The translations under genes and the position numbers were made by a program. Under the pieces are notes generated by a model that was not told the DNA's origin, ran no database searches, and was given only the letters and a program-made list of their open reading frames with translations. From Malacoraja senta (lineage: Eukaryota), in the NCBI GenBank assembly GCA_038087875.1, contig CM075997.1, forward strand, positions 1,118,001 to 1,182,000: 64,000 nt of DNA, read 5' to 3'. Of this stretch, positions 13,301 to 24,767 are shown piece after piece (positions within the stretch are counted from its first letter, which is position 1; each line of letters starts with the position of its first letter).

Positions 13301-16300
13301 GACTTAGACAAAAGAAATGCAGCGAGAAGCTGGAGTAACTCAGCGGGTCAGACAGCATCTCTGGAGTAAACAATGACGTTTCGAGTCGAGACCCTATTTC
13401 AGACTCACACAGGAGGGAGGCAGTGGGAATTTGGAACACTTCAAGCCAAATCAGTTCTTAAATTAAAATCTCAGGCTGATAATTGTTTAGTATGTGTAAG
13501 ATAGTGTTAATGTGCGGGGATCGCTGGTCGGTGCGGACTCGGTGGGCTGAAGGGCCTGTTTCCGCACTGTATCTCTATACTAAACTAAACCATCCTGTCT
13601 TGGAAATATATTGATATTACTTGTTTAAGATGTTGGAAAATCGAAGGTGGACAAAAGTGCTGGAGAAACTCAGCGGGTGCAGCAGCATCTATGGAGCGAA
13701 GGAAATAGGCAACGTTTCGGCCCGAAACCCTTCGGGTTTCGACCCGAAACGTTGCCTATTTCCTTTGGGTTTGGGGCCGAAACGTTGCCTATTTCCTTCG
13801 CTCCATAGATGCTGCTGCACCCGCTGAGTTTCTCCAGCACTTTTGTCTACCTTCTATTGATATTACTTATTCATCACTGCAGTGAAATCCTTGATTCCCC
13901 GTCACTCCAACATCAGAGTATCTGCAGCACAAGGTAGTGTCTCAACACCACCTTCTCAAAAGCAATTGTGCTTCTTGGGCAGCATAGTGGTGCAGCAGGT
14001 AGTGCCTCTGCCTCACAGCGCCAGAGACTCGGGTTCGATCCTGACCTCAGATGCCGTCTGTGTGCGGAGTTTGCACGTTCTCCCTGTGACCCGCGTGGGT
14101 TTTCTCCGGGTGCTCCAGTTTCCTCCCACACCCCAAATACACGCGAGTTTGTAGGTTAATTGGCTTCTGTAAATTACCCCCGGTGTGTAGAGAGTGGATG
14201 TATAGTGGGATAACATAGAACTAATGCAAACGGAAGATAGACACTAAACGCTGGGGTAACTCAGCGGGACAGGCAGCATCTGTGTCTGTGGAATTCTCTG
14301 CCTCAGAGGGCGGTGGAGGCAGGTTCTCTGGATGCTTTCAAGAGAGAGCTAGATAGGGCTCTTAGAAATAGCGGAGTCAGGGGATATGAGGAGAAGGCAG
14401 GAACGGGGTACTGATTGGGGATGATCAGCCATGATCACATTGAATGGCGGTGCTGGCTCGAAGGGCCAAATGGCCTACTCCTGCACCTATTGTCTATTGT
14501 CTATCTCTCGAGAGAAGGAATGGGTGACGTTTTAAGACCTGCTGCAATTACACGAAGGCAAATTTAAAATAGGTTCTTACCGTAGCCGCCTGAGATTCGG
14601 TCGAGGACGGGGAAGAGGTAGCGGCCGCTGAAGTCATGTCCGTGGGTGACCAAGGCTTCCCTCACCGCCTCAGTGCCACACACCACCACTGCCGGGTATC
14701 CGCTGAACCAGAAGGTGAACACAGGCCCATACTGCTCACTCAACTAGGACAATACAACGGCCACAGACTCACAGAGCGTGGAAACAGGCCCTCCAGCCCA
14801 ACTTATGATACATAGAAACATAGAAAATAGGTGCAGGCGTAGGCCGTTCGGCCCTTCGTGCCAGCACCACCGTTCAAGATGATCATGGCTGATCGTCCAA
14901 AATCAGTACCCCATTCCTGCTTTTTCCCCCATATTCCTTGATTCCTTTAGCCCTCGGAGCTAAATCTAACTCGGTATGATACAACTTTATTTATCCCCGA
15001 GGGAAATTAGTCTGCCAACAGACAAAAAATACAGTTACAAGGCATTGAAAGTTTCATGTATATTGTAATAATAATGTAATCGGCGTACAGGATGGAGGTG
15101 GAGCTGCTCACAGGATGGTGCAGATCCCACAACCTCACTCTTAATGTGGGAAAAACTAAGGAGATGGTGGTCGACTTCAGGAGGGCGGGAAAACAACACC
15201 ATACACCGCTGTATATTGATGGAACTGCTGTGGAGAGGGTCAGCAGTGTGAAGTTCCTAGGACTCCACCTGTCGGATGACCTGACCTCTATGACCAACAC
15301 CACAGCAGTGGTCAAAAGAGCCCACCAGCGACTCCACCCTCTCCGGAGACTTCGGAAAGCAGGTCTCCCCACTGCCCAACCTTCTACAGGGGCACAATTG
15401 ATAGCATGATAACCTACGGCATCACTTCCTGGTTCGGGAGCTGCAAGGCTTACGAACAATATCAACTAAACAGGATAGTGAAGACCGCCAGCAGGATTAT
15501 CGGTGCCCCACTCCCTTTCCTGCTGGAGATATACAAGAAGAGGAGCATCAGTAGAGCCATCTCCATCTTCTTCTACAGGTGCACAGTAGAGAGCATGCTG
15601 ACCGGTTGCATCGTGGCTTGGTTCGGCAACTTGAGTGCCCTGGAGAGGAAAAGACTACAAAAAGTAGTAAACACTGCCCAGTCCATCATCGGCTCTGACC
15701 TCCCTTCCATCGAGGGGATCTACCACAGTCGCTGCCTCGAAAAGGCTGGCAGCATCATCAAGGACCCACACCATCCTGGCCACACACTCATCTCCCTACT
15801 ACCTTCAGGTAGAAGGTACAGGAGCCTGAAGACTGCAACAACCAGGTTCAGGAACAGCTACTTCCCCACAGCCATCAGGCTATTAAACCTGGCTCGGACA
15901 TAACACTGAACTTTACTAGCCAATACTGTTATTTGCACTTTATCAGTATATTGACCATTGTGTATACATTTATAGAATGCCTTGTAGTAAATGCCTACTA
16001 TGTTCTGTTGTGCTCAAGCAAAGCAAGAATTTCATTGTCCTACCAGGGACACATGACAATAAACTCACTTGACTTGACTTGACTTGATCACCCAGGACCC
16101 CTAACACCCATCACATCATATCTTTTCCATTCTGCCATCTGGGAAGAGGTACAGGAGCATCAGCTGCAAAACCAGCAGGATGCTCCTCAGCTTCTTCCCA
16201 CAGGCAATAAGACTGATTAACGGACTTTGTCCCCTCCCAAAACATCGCTCATCCACACATCCAACCGCACCCATACTTTGACAGTTAGGCACCTGTCAAA

Positions 16301-18044
16301 GTAAAGCCACTGTGAAGCCACTGTCCATCAGAATGACTGTTTTTATTATATTGATAATTTTTAGGCCGACTTTCTTTTTAAGAATGGTAATTTTTAATTT
16401 GTTTTTAAAGCTCTATGTTTTATCCTTTTGTTTTTTACACTGAATGGAAACTGATTGAGCAACGTTTTTTCGTTTCCTCTGTGTATGCGAGTACTCAGTG
16501 AAATGATATTAAAGAAATACTGAATACTGAATTAAAGTGACCAGTTATGGGGAGAAGGCAGGAGAATGGGTTATGAGGCCACGATTGAATGGCAGAGTGG
16601 CCTCAATGGGCCGAATGGCCTTATTCTACTCTTATAATATGTGAACTTGTAATATCTTAGCAGCCCTGTGTCCCATGACTAATGTAGCTGGGACATGTAG
16701 GCCAGTGTGGGCATGTTCAGCTGAAGGGCCTATTCTCACACTGTATCACTCACTCTATGACTCAGCAAAACAGAATTGTCGTCCACAACTCAGGGCTGTC
16801 ACAGACAAACGAAGAACAGAGGTTCATCGGGTCATGAGGGATAGGAGCAGAATCAGGCCATTCAGCCCATCAAGTCTACACCACCATTCAATCATGGCTG
16901 ATCTATCTCTCCTCCAAACCCAATTCTCCTGCCTTCTCCCATAGTCGCCCCTGACACCCGAACTGATCAATAATCTATCTCTAAAGCGCCTGTCCCACTT
17001 TCCCCGAGTTATTCACGGTAGACAAAAATGCTGGAGAAACTCAGCGGGCGAGGCAGCAACTATGGAGCGAAGGATATAGGTGACGTCGCCTATTCCTTCT
17101 CTAGAAGGGTCTCGACCCGAAACGTCACCTATTCCTTCGCTCCATAGATGCTGCCTCACCCGCTGAGTTTCTCCAGCATTTTTGTCTACCTTCGATATTT
17201 TCCAGCATCTGCAGTTCTTTCTTAAACAAATATCTATCTCTGCGTCATTTCTGGGATTGTAATTTAACTGAGATAAATTCAGGCTGGCAACTTTGTAATA
17301 TTAACATTAACATGGGGACTGGACTTTGTCCCTCACAGTGGGAACCATTGTGGAGGATGTTTTTTTAATGTTTAACTCTTATTATTGTTACGTTGTATTC
17401 TTTTTTTAAATGTGCTGCATTGGCAAGAAGCATTTCACTACACCAATTGGTGTATGTGACCAATAAATAACCTTTGAACATCACACTTAAAAAATCTCCA
17501 ACCAGGAAATCTACAAACAGGAAACGAAACTTCTGCACATGTTGAGCAATCCTGCCCTTTCGTCCTGCCCAGATGTTTTTGAATAGAAAAGACACAACGC
17601 GCTGGAGTAAACTCAGCGGGAGAGAAGGAATGGGCGGCGTTTGGGGGTCGAGACCCTTCTTCAGACTGAGTTACTCCAGCATTTTGTGTGTCTCTGCAGT
17701 TCCTGGTTTCCCCACTATTGTTTCTAAACCGATTGAAGTCGAGTGTTACTGTAAACAAAAATAAAGGCACCAACACACACTTAAGCATGGGCCATTTCCA
17801 CAAAGACAACTGGCTCAAAGCAAGGAAGTTCTTTTCGCATTGTTATTTAAAGACTAAGTCCTTACCTTGATGAGGGATTTGTGAACTGATTTTAGATTCA
17901 ACTGGAACACGTTGCCGACTATGGGGAGGGGTGTGGGTCCCGGGGAAGCCCAGAAAACCGCTGGTTGTTTTTCAGTAACTTTACCAAGAGCAGGATTCCG
18001 AGGAAAGCAACAAGCAAAGTTGTCCAAAATTCACTCGAACTCAT
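454..18044 (-). CDS. Cytochrome P450 family 2 gene A, 9 exons (17866-18044, 14581-14743, 12484-12633, 11512-11672, 8965-9141, 7010-7151, 5422-5608, 2640-2781, 454-635); two 1-bp deletions (pseudogene or consensus error)
   Basis: Manual splicing with GT-AG sites gives exon sizes 179/163/150/161/177/142/187/142/182, the CYP2 pattern. Motifs seen: membrane anchor, (P)[45 protein letters not shown] heme ligand. Confidence 0.93.
2146..2548. mobile_element. Non-autonomous hAT-like DNA transposon, copy 1
   Basis: TIRs CAAAGAYCYTATAGCRAGCAAGATAG; 8-bp TSD GGCATGGG/GGCGTGGG. Confidence 0.85.
2640..2781 (-). CDS. CYP2-A exon 8
   Basis: [47 protein letters not shown]; 142 bp. Confidence 0.94.
3108..3737. 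mobile_element. GC-rich hAT-like insertion
   Basis: Perfect 8-bp TSD CTTCAGCC; CA...CCCCTG ends; left TIR poorly matched. Confidence 0.6.
4272..4774. mobile_element. About 500-bp palindromic MITE (PIF/Harbinger-like)
   Basis: Arms are near reverse complements; CCTGTCCCAC...GTGGGACAGG termini. Confidence 0.85.
5422..5608 (-). CDS. CYP2-A exon 7 (K-helix; frameshift at about 5444-5448)
   Basis: [53 protein letters not shown], then in a shifted frame FRGHLIPK; 187 bp where 188 keeps the frame. Confidence 0.9.
7010..7151 (-). CDS. CYP2-A exon 6 (I-helix)
   Basis: [47 protein letters not shown]; 142 bp. Confidence 0.94.
7510..8542. mobile_element. About 1-kb AT-rich non-autonomous DNA transposon (hAT-like) splitting a SINE
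   Basis: TIR TAGnnATGTTACAA; CTGTAAG duplicated on both sides; SINE sequence resumes after 8542. Confidence 0.75.
8965..9141 (-). CDS. CYP2-A exon 5
   Basis: [20 protein letters not shown]...[15 protein letters not shown]; 177 bp. Confidence 0.94.
11512..11672 (-). CDS. CYP2-A exon 4
   Basis: [53 protein letters not shown]; 161 bp. Confidence 0.94.
12484..12633 (-). CDS. CYP2-A exon 3
   Basis: [50 protein letters not shown]; 150 bp. Confidence 0.94.
14581..14743 (-). CDS. CYP2-A exon 2
   Basis: [54 protein letters not shown]; 163 bp, AG/GT flanks. Confidence 0.93.
15080..16530 (+). mobile_element. Rex1/Babar-like LINE 3' fragment with a younger related LINE nested at about 15570-16086
   Basis: [23 protein letters not shown]...[13 protein letters not shown]-thumb peptide; inner copy ends in AATAAA plus (CTTGA)n; outer ORF resumes afterwards. 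Confidence 0.8.
17866..18044 (-). CDS. CYP2-A exon 1 (anchor and proline-rich hinge; frameshift at about 17942-17945)
   Basis: [34 protein letters not shown], then in a shifted frame [25 protein letters not shown], followed by a GTAAG donor. Confidence 0.88.
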
Positions 18045-18099
18045 GGTCGGCTGGAGCCAGGGACTCGGGACTCCGGGGTGGGGAGAAAAAGTTGTAAAC

Positions 18100-18235
18100 G
18101 GACCTCAAAGTTCAGATAGTTAAGCAGAAAATAAACAAGGGTTTCACCAGGTTACAGCAGAACCTGGGGAACTTTGAATGCCATAAATCTCAAGCAGCAC
18201 AATTTACTTCTCACTATCCCACTTATATAAGGGGC
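18100..18235 (-). promoter_or_regulatory. Putative CYP2-A proximal promoter (HNF4-like, FOXA-like and TATA-like words)
   Basis: CAAAGTTCA 18106-18114, AATAAACA about 18130-18137, TATATAA about 18223-18230, all within 200 bp of the ATG. Short motifs, may be chance. Confidence 0.3.
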
Positions 18236-18489
18236 GATTAATGGCGCCTACACCGTCTCCTGCCCATCGCCAAAGGGTTGCAGTTCAGGCCGACTGGATT
18301 AAAGATCTAGTATCATTGGACTGAACAGTTTAGTAACTCCAGAAACTCCCACTTACTTGTTGGTCCGCCCATTAGTGTTTTCAGGGGACGTTTGTACGCG
18401 ATCAACCAACTATAAAGCTGGCTCCAAATAAGTCCTGAATTAAATCGACTATTGCACTATTATAGTTTTTTATGTGTACCTATGAGTTC

Positions 18490-18508
18490 GCATGTGTGTA
18501 TATATATG

Positions 18509-18544
<36 letters not shown>

Positions 18545-18665
18545 GGGGGGGGGGGTGTGAGAAGGAACTGCAGATGCTGGTTTAAATTGTCAAAAGAAGG
18601 GTCTCGACCCTAAACGTCACCCTGCCTGTCCCGCTGTGTTACTCCAGCATTTTGTGTCTATCTTT

Positions 18666-18706
<41 letters not shown>

Positions 18707-19465
18707 ATGTATATGTGTGTATATATATTTTGTGTGTATGTGTAAATATGTGTGTGTGTGTATATATATGTGTGTGTATATATAGATATATGTGTGAGTG
18801 TGTATATATATGTGTGTATATGTATATATGTGTGTGTATATGTGTGTGCATATACACATATATACATATATGTGTGTATATATATTTTGTGTTTGTATAT
18901 ATATATATGTGTGTGTGTATGTGTATATATGTGTGTGTATACACATGCGGGACTTACTTACCATCGCCCGCCGGGGGCTTTGACTTTGACATCAGGAGGA
19001 GAATGGGGAGTGCAGGGGAGAGACAAGACTTTGCCTTCCATCACAGTGAGGAGGAGATTCACTGTGATGGATGTTTGTGTAAATTGTGTTGGTGTGTCTT
19101 GGTTCTTTTCTTGTTGTATGACTGCAGAAACCAAATTTCGTTTGAACTTCATTTGAGGTCCAAATGATAATAAACGGTATTGTATTGTATTGTATTGTGT
19201 ATGTGTATATGTGTATATATATATATTGTGTGTGTGTATTTATGTGTGTGTGTGTGTGTATATGTATGTGTGTGTATATATGTGTGTATATTTGTGTGTA
19301 TGTGTATATATGTGTGTGTGTGTATGTGTGTGTATATGTGTGAGTATGTGTATATACAGTGGCTTGCAAAAGTTTTCATACTGTATGAATACTTTTGCAA
19401 GCCACTGTATGTGTGTGTATATTTGTGTGTATGTGTATATATGTGTGCGTATATGTGTGTGTATA

Positions 19466-19500
<35 letters not shown>

Positions 19501-19527
19501 ATATATATGTGTGTGTATATGTGTGTT

Positions 19528-19576
<49 letters not shown>

Positions 19577-19720
19577 ATATGTGTGAGTATGTGTATATAT
19601 GTGTGTGTATATATGTGTGTATATTTGTGTGTGTGTATATATGTGTGTGTATATGTGTGTGTGTGTGTGTATATATGTGTGTGTGTATATGTGTGTTTGT
19701 GTATATGTGTGTGTGTGTGT
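18490..19720. repeat. Compound (TG)n/(TA)n microsatellite field with embedded repeat fragments
   Basis: Seen directly; explains the C/V/Y- and H/T-rich ORFs. Confidence 0.95.
19357..19407. mobile_element. Tc1/mariner TIR-only relic (51 bp)
   Basis: TA-CAGTGGCTTGCAAAAGT(T/A)TTCATAC-T-reverse complement-TA. Confidence 0.75.
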
Positions 19721-20261
19721 GGAGAGGCAGGATAATGAGGTTGAGAGGGAAAAATAGATCAGCCATGATTGAATGGTGGAGTAGACTCGATGGGCTGAAT
19801 GGACCTATGACATGGCTTTATGCTGCCTGACCCACTTTCCTCCATCACTTTGTGTTTTGCTCAAGATTCCAGCATCTGCAGTTCCTTACGTCTCCCATCA
19901 CATGGTAGGTCCGTCAACATCGTTCAGCTCTTCGCAGCTGCTGCTGTTAATGTTCTTGCTTCAATCTAACATCACAACTAGTTTTCCTCTTTGGTTTATT
20001 TTCGAGATACTGGTGCAGAAACAGGCAACTTCAGCCCACCGAGTCTGCGCTGACCAGCGATCCCTGTAAACTGGCGCTGGGGACAATTTACAATCTTACT
20101 GAAGCCGGTTAGCCGACAAACCTGTACGCCTTTGGAGTGTGGGAGGAAACCAGAGCACCTGGAGAAAACCCACGCAGGTCACGGGGAGAACGTACAAACT
20201 TTGTACAGGCAGCACCTGTAGTCAGGATTGAACTGGGGTCTCTGGCATTGAAGCAGCAACT

Positions 20262-20766
20262 CTAATTTGAGGAAGGACATTCTTGCTATTGAGGGAGTGC
20301 TGCGTAGGTTTACAAGGTTAATTCTCAGGATGGCGGGACTGTCATATGCTGAGAGAATGGAGCGGCTGGGCTTGTACACTCTGGAGTTTAGAAGGATGAG
20401 AGGATATCTTATTGAAACATATAAGATTATTAAGGATTTGGACACGCTAGAGGCAGGAAACATGATCCCGATGTTGGGGGAGTCCAGAACCAGGGGCCAC
20501 AGTTTAAGAATAAGGGGTAAGCCATTTAGAACAGAGACGAGGAAACACTTTTTCTCAACAAGATTTGTGAGTCTGTGGAATTCTCTGAGGGCGGTGGAGG
20601 CCGGTTCTCTGGATACTTTCATGAGAGAGCTAGATAGGTCTCTTAAAGATAGCGGAGTCAGGCGATATGGGGAGAAGGCAGGAACGGGGTACTGATTGGG
20701 GATAATCAGCCATGATCTCATTGAATGGCGGTGCTGGCTCGAAGGGCCGAATGGCCTACTCCTGCA
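20262..20766 (+). mobile_element. CR1/HER1-like LINE 3' fragment
   Basis: LGLYTLEFRRMRG...RTRGHSLRI...LWNSL C-terminal ORF2 peptide plus tail. Confidence 0.85.
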
Positions 20767-22215
20767 CATACACCATCCAGGGACCCACACCATCCTGGCC
20801 ACACACTCATCTCCCCGCTACCTTCAGGTAGAAGGTACAGGAGCCCGATGACTGCAATGACCAGGTTCAGGAATAGCTACTTCCCCACAGCCATCAGGCT
20901 ATTAAACTTGGCTCAGACAAAACTTTGAACATTAATAGCCCATTATCTGTTATTTGCACTTGATCAGTTTATTTATTCATGTGTGTATATATTTATATAA
21001 TGGTATATGGACACACTGATCTGTTTTGTAGTCAATGCCTACTATGTTCTGTTGTGCTGAAGCAAAGCAAGAATTTCATTGTCCTATCAGGGACACATGA
21101 CAATAAACTCTCTTGAATCTTGTCTATTGTCTACCGCTGCGCCACCGTGCCACCCTTGGTGTGCAGCCATGCATTTAGGTAGTAGGAATAAAGGCGTAGA
21201 CTATTTTCTAAATGGAAGGGAGGATTCAGAAATCGGAGGTACAAAGGGACTTGGGAGTGCTGGTGCAGGATTCCCACAAAGGTCAATCTGCAGGTTGAAT
21301 CAGTCATAAGGAAATGCAATGGTAGACAAAAATGCTGGAGAAACTCAGCGGGTGCAGCAGCATCTATGGAGCGAAGGAAATAGGCAACGTTTCGGGCCGA
21401 AACCCTTCTTCAGACTGAAATGCAATGTGAGCATTTATTTCCAGAGGAGTAGAATATTAAACACAGGGATGTGATGCGAAGGAGAAATCTATTGCAATAG
21501 TAATGAAACGATTTATAAACGGAAATTCCGACATCTTTATTATACAGACCATTTATACCAATATTCTCAAATCCCAGGTTTAGATCCCATTGCATCGAGA
21601 GTGACCAAATATGGATTACACAAGGTCTGTTATTTTAAAGATGATCTCAGACATCTTAGACAAGGAACCACATCCTATCTATGACCAACTACTAAACACA
21701 GATTGTGCTATCTTTGGAGAGGGGCCCAGAGGAGATTTACAAGAATGAGTGAGTTAACATATGATGAGCGTTTGACAGCACTGGGCCTGTACTCGCTAGA
21801 GTTTGTAGGGATGAGGGGTAAACCTCTTGAACTTACCGAATAGTGAAAGGCCTGGATAGAGTGGATGTGGAGAGGATGTTTCCACTAGTGGGAGAGTCTA
21901 GGACTAGAGGTCATGGCCTCAAGAATAAAAGGACATACCTTTAGAGAGATGAGATTTGATCAGAGGCTGGTGAATCCGTGGAATTCATTGCCACAGAAGG
22001 CTGTGGAGGCCAAGTTGTTGGGTATTTTTAAGGTGGACATTGATAGATTCTTGATTAGTGCAGGTGTCAGGGGTTATGGGGAGAAGGCAGGAGAATGGGG
22101 TTGAGAGGGAGAGATAGATCAGCCATGATTGAATGGCGGAGTAGACTTGACGGGCCGAATGGCCTAATTCTGCTCCTGCAACTTATGAACTTGCGATTGA
22201 GAGATATCATGCAAC

Positions 22216-22397
22216 CTAGCGACAAACAGCGCAGAATTTGTACAAGTGTGGCACCACCAGAATACCAGTCTTAAGCGGCGAGGTGTCGATATCCTTGTGA
22301 TTAATAACAGACTTGAAGACAAAGTTCTGCAGCAAAGTAGTCAGGAAAAGGAAGAGTTCCATTCGAGCCAATGATTCTCCCAGGCAAATTCTCTTCC
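22216..22397 (-). CDS. CYP2-B exon 9
   Basis: [60 protein letters not shown]; 182 bp. Confidence 0.93.
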
Positions 22398-24767
22398 CTG
22401 CAAAAGCACAGCGATTTTTAGTTTAGTTTAGAGAAACAGCCCTTCGGCCCAAAGATCCTCTAGCGAGCAAGATAGTCCACTCGACGAAAAAGACCTAGTA
22501 CGGTCATGGGCAGATTCACGGGTAATTTAAGGCCCTATTTCCGTAACCGGCTTCCGTCTCCGCACCAAAGATCCCATAGGATAATAGTGCGGAGACGGAA
22601 GCCGGTTACGGAAAAATACTCGTAAAAATAAAAGTTATTTGGTAAAATTCTTCTCCTCATTTTCAGAATTTTAATTTATTAACACAAACTGTTCCCCCGC
22701 AACGTTGATTACACTGCGAGTCGGGTCGGGTCAGGTTACTGAAATGGATGAAAAAAAGGCCCACGTTCCGCTCCGTTGCGTACTACACGTCAGCCCATTG
22801 CATTTAGCAGGGGTTGTCTATCTTGCCCGCTATAGGATCTTTGCTTCGGCCCACTGAGTCCAAGCCGGCCACCGATCCCCGCACACCAACACTATCCTGC
22901 ACACACTAAAAACTATTTACCTTTATACCAAACCAATTTGATCTACAAGCCTGTAGGTCTTTGGGGTGTGGGAGGAAACCGAAGATCTTGCGGAAAAACC
23001 AAGCGGTCACGGGGAGAAGGTACAAACTCCATACAGACAAGCACCCATAGTTGGGATCGAACCCAGGTCTCTGGTGCTGTAGGTGCTGTAAGGCAGCAAC
23101 TCTACCGCTGCGCCACCGTGCCGGCCTTTTATTGAACCATCATCTCCAAAGCTGTTTGCAGCAGATTCAACCTTTGCTCTCTGTATCGATTGGCTTCTGC
23201 TGTGACAGCCACAAGTATATTGATTCACAAAACGTTACAGAGACTCTTCACCCCAGTGGCAGCAAATAAATAGATGTTGTGTAAGAGGGAACTGTAGGTA
23301 GACACAAAATGCCGGAGCAACTCAGCCAGACAGGCAGCTTCTCTGGAGAGATGGTCGAGAGTCAGGGGAAACTAGAGATATGGAAGGGTAAGGTGTGAAA
23401 AGGACAGATCAAAGCAGAAGGTACACAAAAATGCTGGAGAAACTCAGCGGGTGCAGCAGCATCTATGGAGCGAAGGAAATAGGCAACGTTTCGGGCCAAA
23501 ACCTTCTTCAGACTGATAGGGGTGGGGGGAAGAAAGGAAAAAAGGAAAAAGGCAGAGGAGGAGCCCGAGGGCTGGGGGAGGGGAGGAGACAACCAGAGGG
23601 CTGATGAAGGGGAGGGGACAGCAAGGGCTAGCAGAATTGGGAGAATTCAATGTTCAAGCCCCCAGGATGTAGACTGCCCAAGCGGAATATGAGGTGCATT
23701 TCCTCCAATTTACGGTGTTGCTCGCTGTGGCCATGGAGGAGACCCAGGACAGAGAGGTCAGATACGGAATGGGAGGGGGAGTTGAAGTGCTGAGCCACCA
23801 GGAGCTCAGGTTGGTTATTGCGGACCGACCGGAGGTGTTCGGCGAAACGATCGCCAAGCCTCTGCTTGGTCTCACTGATGTAGATCAGCTGGCATCTAGA
23901 TCAAAGCAGACGATGGTCAAGGAAATGTGGAGAGGTTTATTGTTAGCTGTGGGGGGGGGGGGGGGGAGGGAGGTGATGACTGCAGATGTTGGTTTACACT
24001 GAAGATGGACACAAAATGCTGGAGTAATGGCCTAATGATGCATATCATTCAACCGGTGTGAAATTAAGATAGGTGGAGGGGCAGGTAGTGTAGAGAAAGC
24101 GGGGACTCTGCAGAAGGCCTTGGGCAGGTTGGGAGAGTGGGCAGAGACTTGCAGATGGAATACAGCCTAGCAAAGTGTGCAGTCATGCATTTTGGTCATA
24201 GGACTATTTCTAAATGGGGAGAAGATTTAGACATTAGAGATGCAAAGGGACTTGGGAGCGCTGGTGCAGGGAATCTCATAAGGTATATTTGCACGTTGTA
24301 TCTGTAGTAAGGGAGGCATTTTACTATGCTGAGATTGATCTGGTGAAAGGAGGTAAAATCTGAGGGGCAACCTTTTCCCACCAAGGGTGGTAGGTGTATA
24401 GAACGAGCTGCCAGAGGAGGTAGTTGAGGCTGGGGACTATCGCAACGTTTAAGAAACAGTTAATAAATACAGTACATGGATAGGACGGGTTTGGAGGGAT
24501 ATGGGCCAAGCGCAGGCAGGTGGGACTAGTGTAGCTGGGGCGTGTTGGCCATCGTGGGCAAGTTGGGCCTGTTTCCATGCTGTATGACTCTATGACTCTA
24601 TTAGAGAACACAAAAGAGTGCGTACCTGCGGAGAAGGCCATGAATCCATCATTCATTTTGAAGCTGCCTTTATCATCAAGGAAATGGTTGGGATTAAATA
24701 ATTCCGGTGCATCCCAGTGATTGGCGTCTTTCAAAACTGAAGAAAGTAGGGGTATCACAAACGTACC
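22216..24767 (-). CDS. Cytochrome P450 family 2 gene B (tandem paralogue), partial: exons 8 and 9 only
   Basis: Exon 8 at 24626-24767 and exon 9 at 22216-22397 have the same sizes and phases as gene A; exons 1-7 not found before the gap. Confidence 0.9.
22450..22843. mobile_element. Same hAT-like family, copy 2, opposite orientation, splitting a SINE
   Basis: Same TIRs and interior, reverse-complemented; perfect 8-bp TSD CTTCGGCC. Confidence 0.88.
24626..24767 (-). CDS. CYP2-B exon 8
   Basis: GTFVIPLLSSVLKDANHWDAPELFNPNHFLDDKGSFKMNDGFMAFSA; 142 bp, AG/GT flanks. Confidence 0.92.

Noticed and set aside
18639..19830. Long Cys/Val/Tyr- and His/Thr-rich ORFs
   Set aside because: Translations of (TG/TA)n microsatellite.
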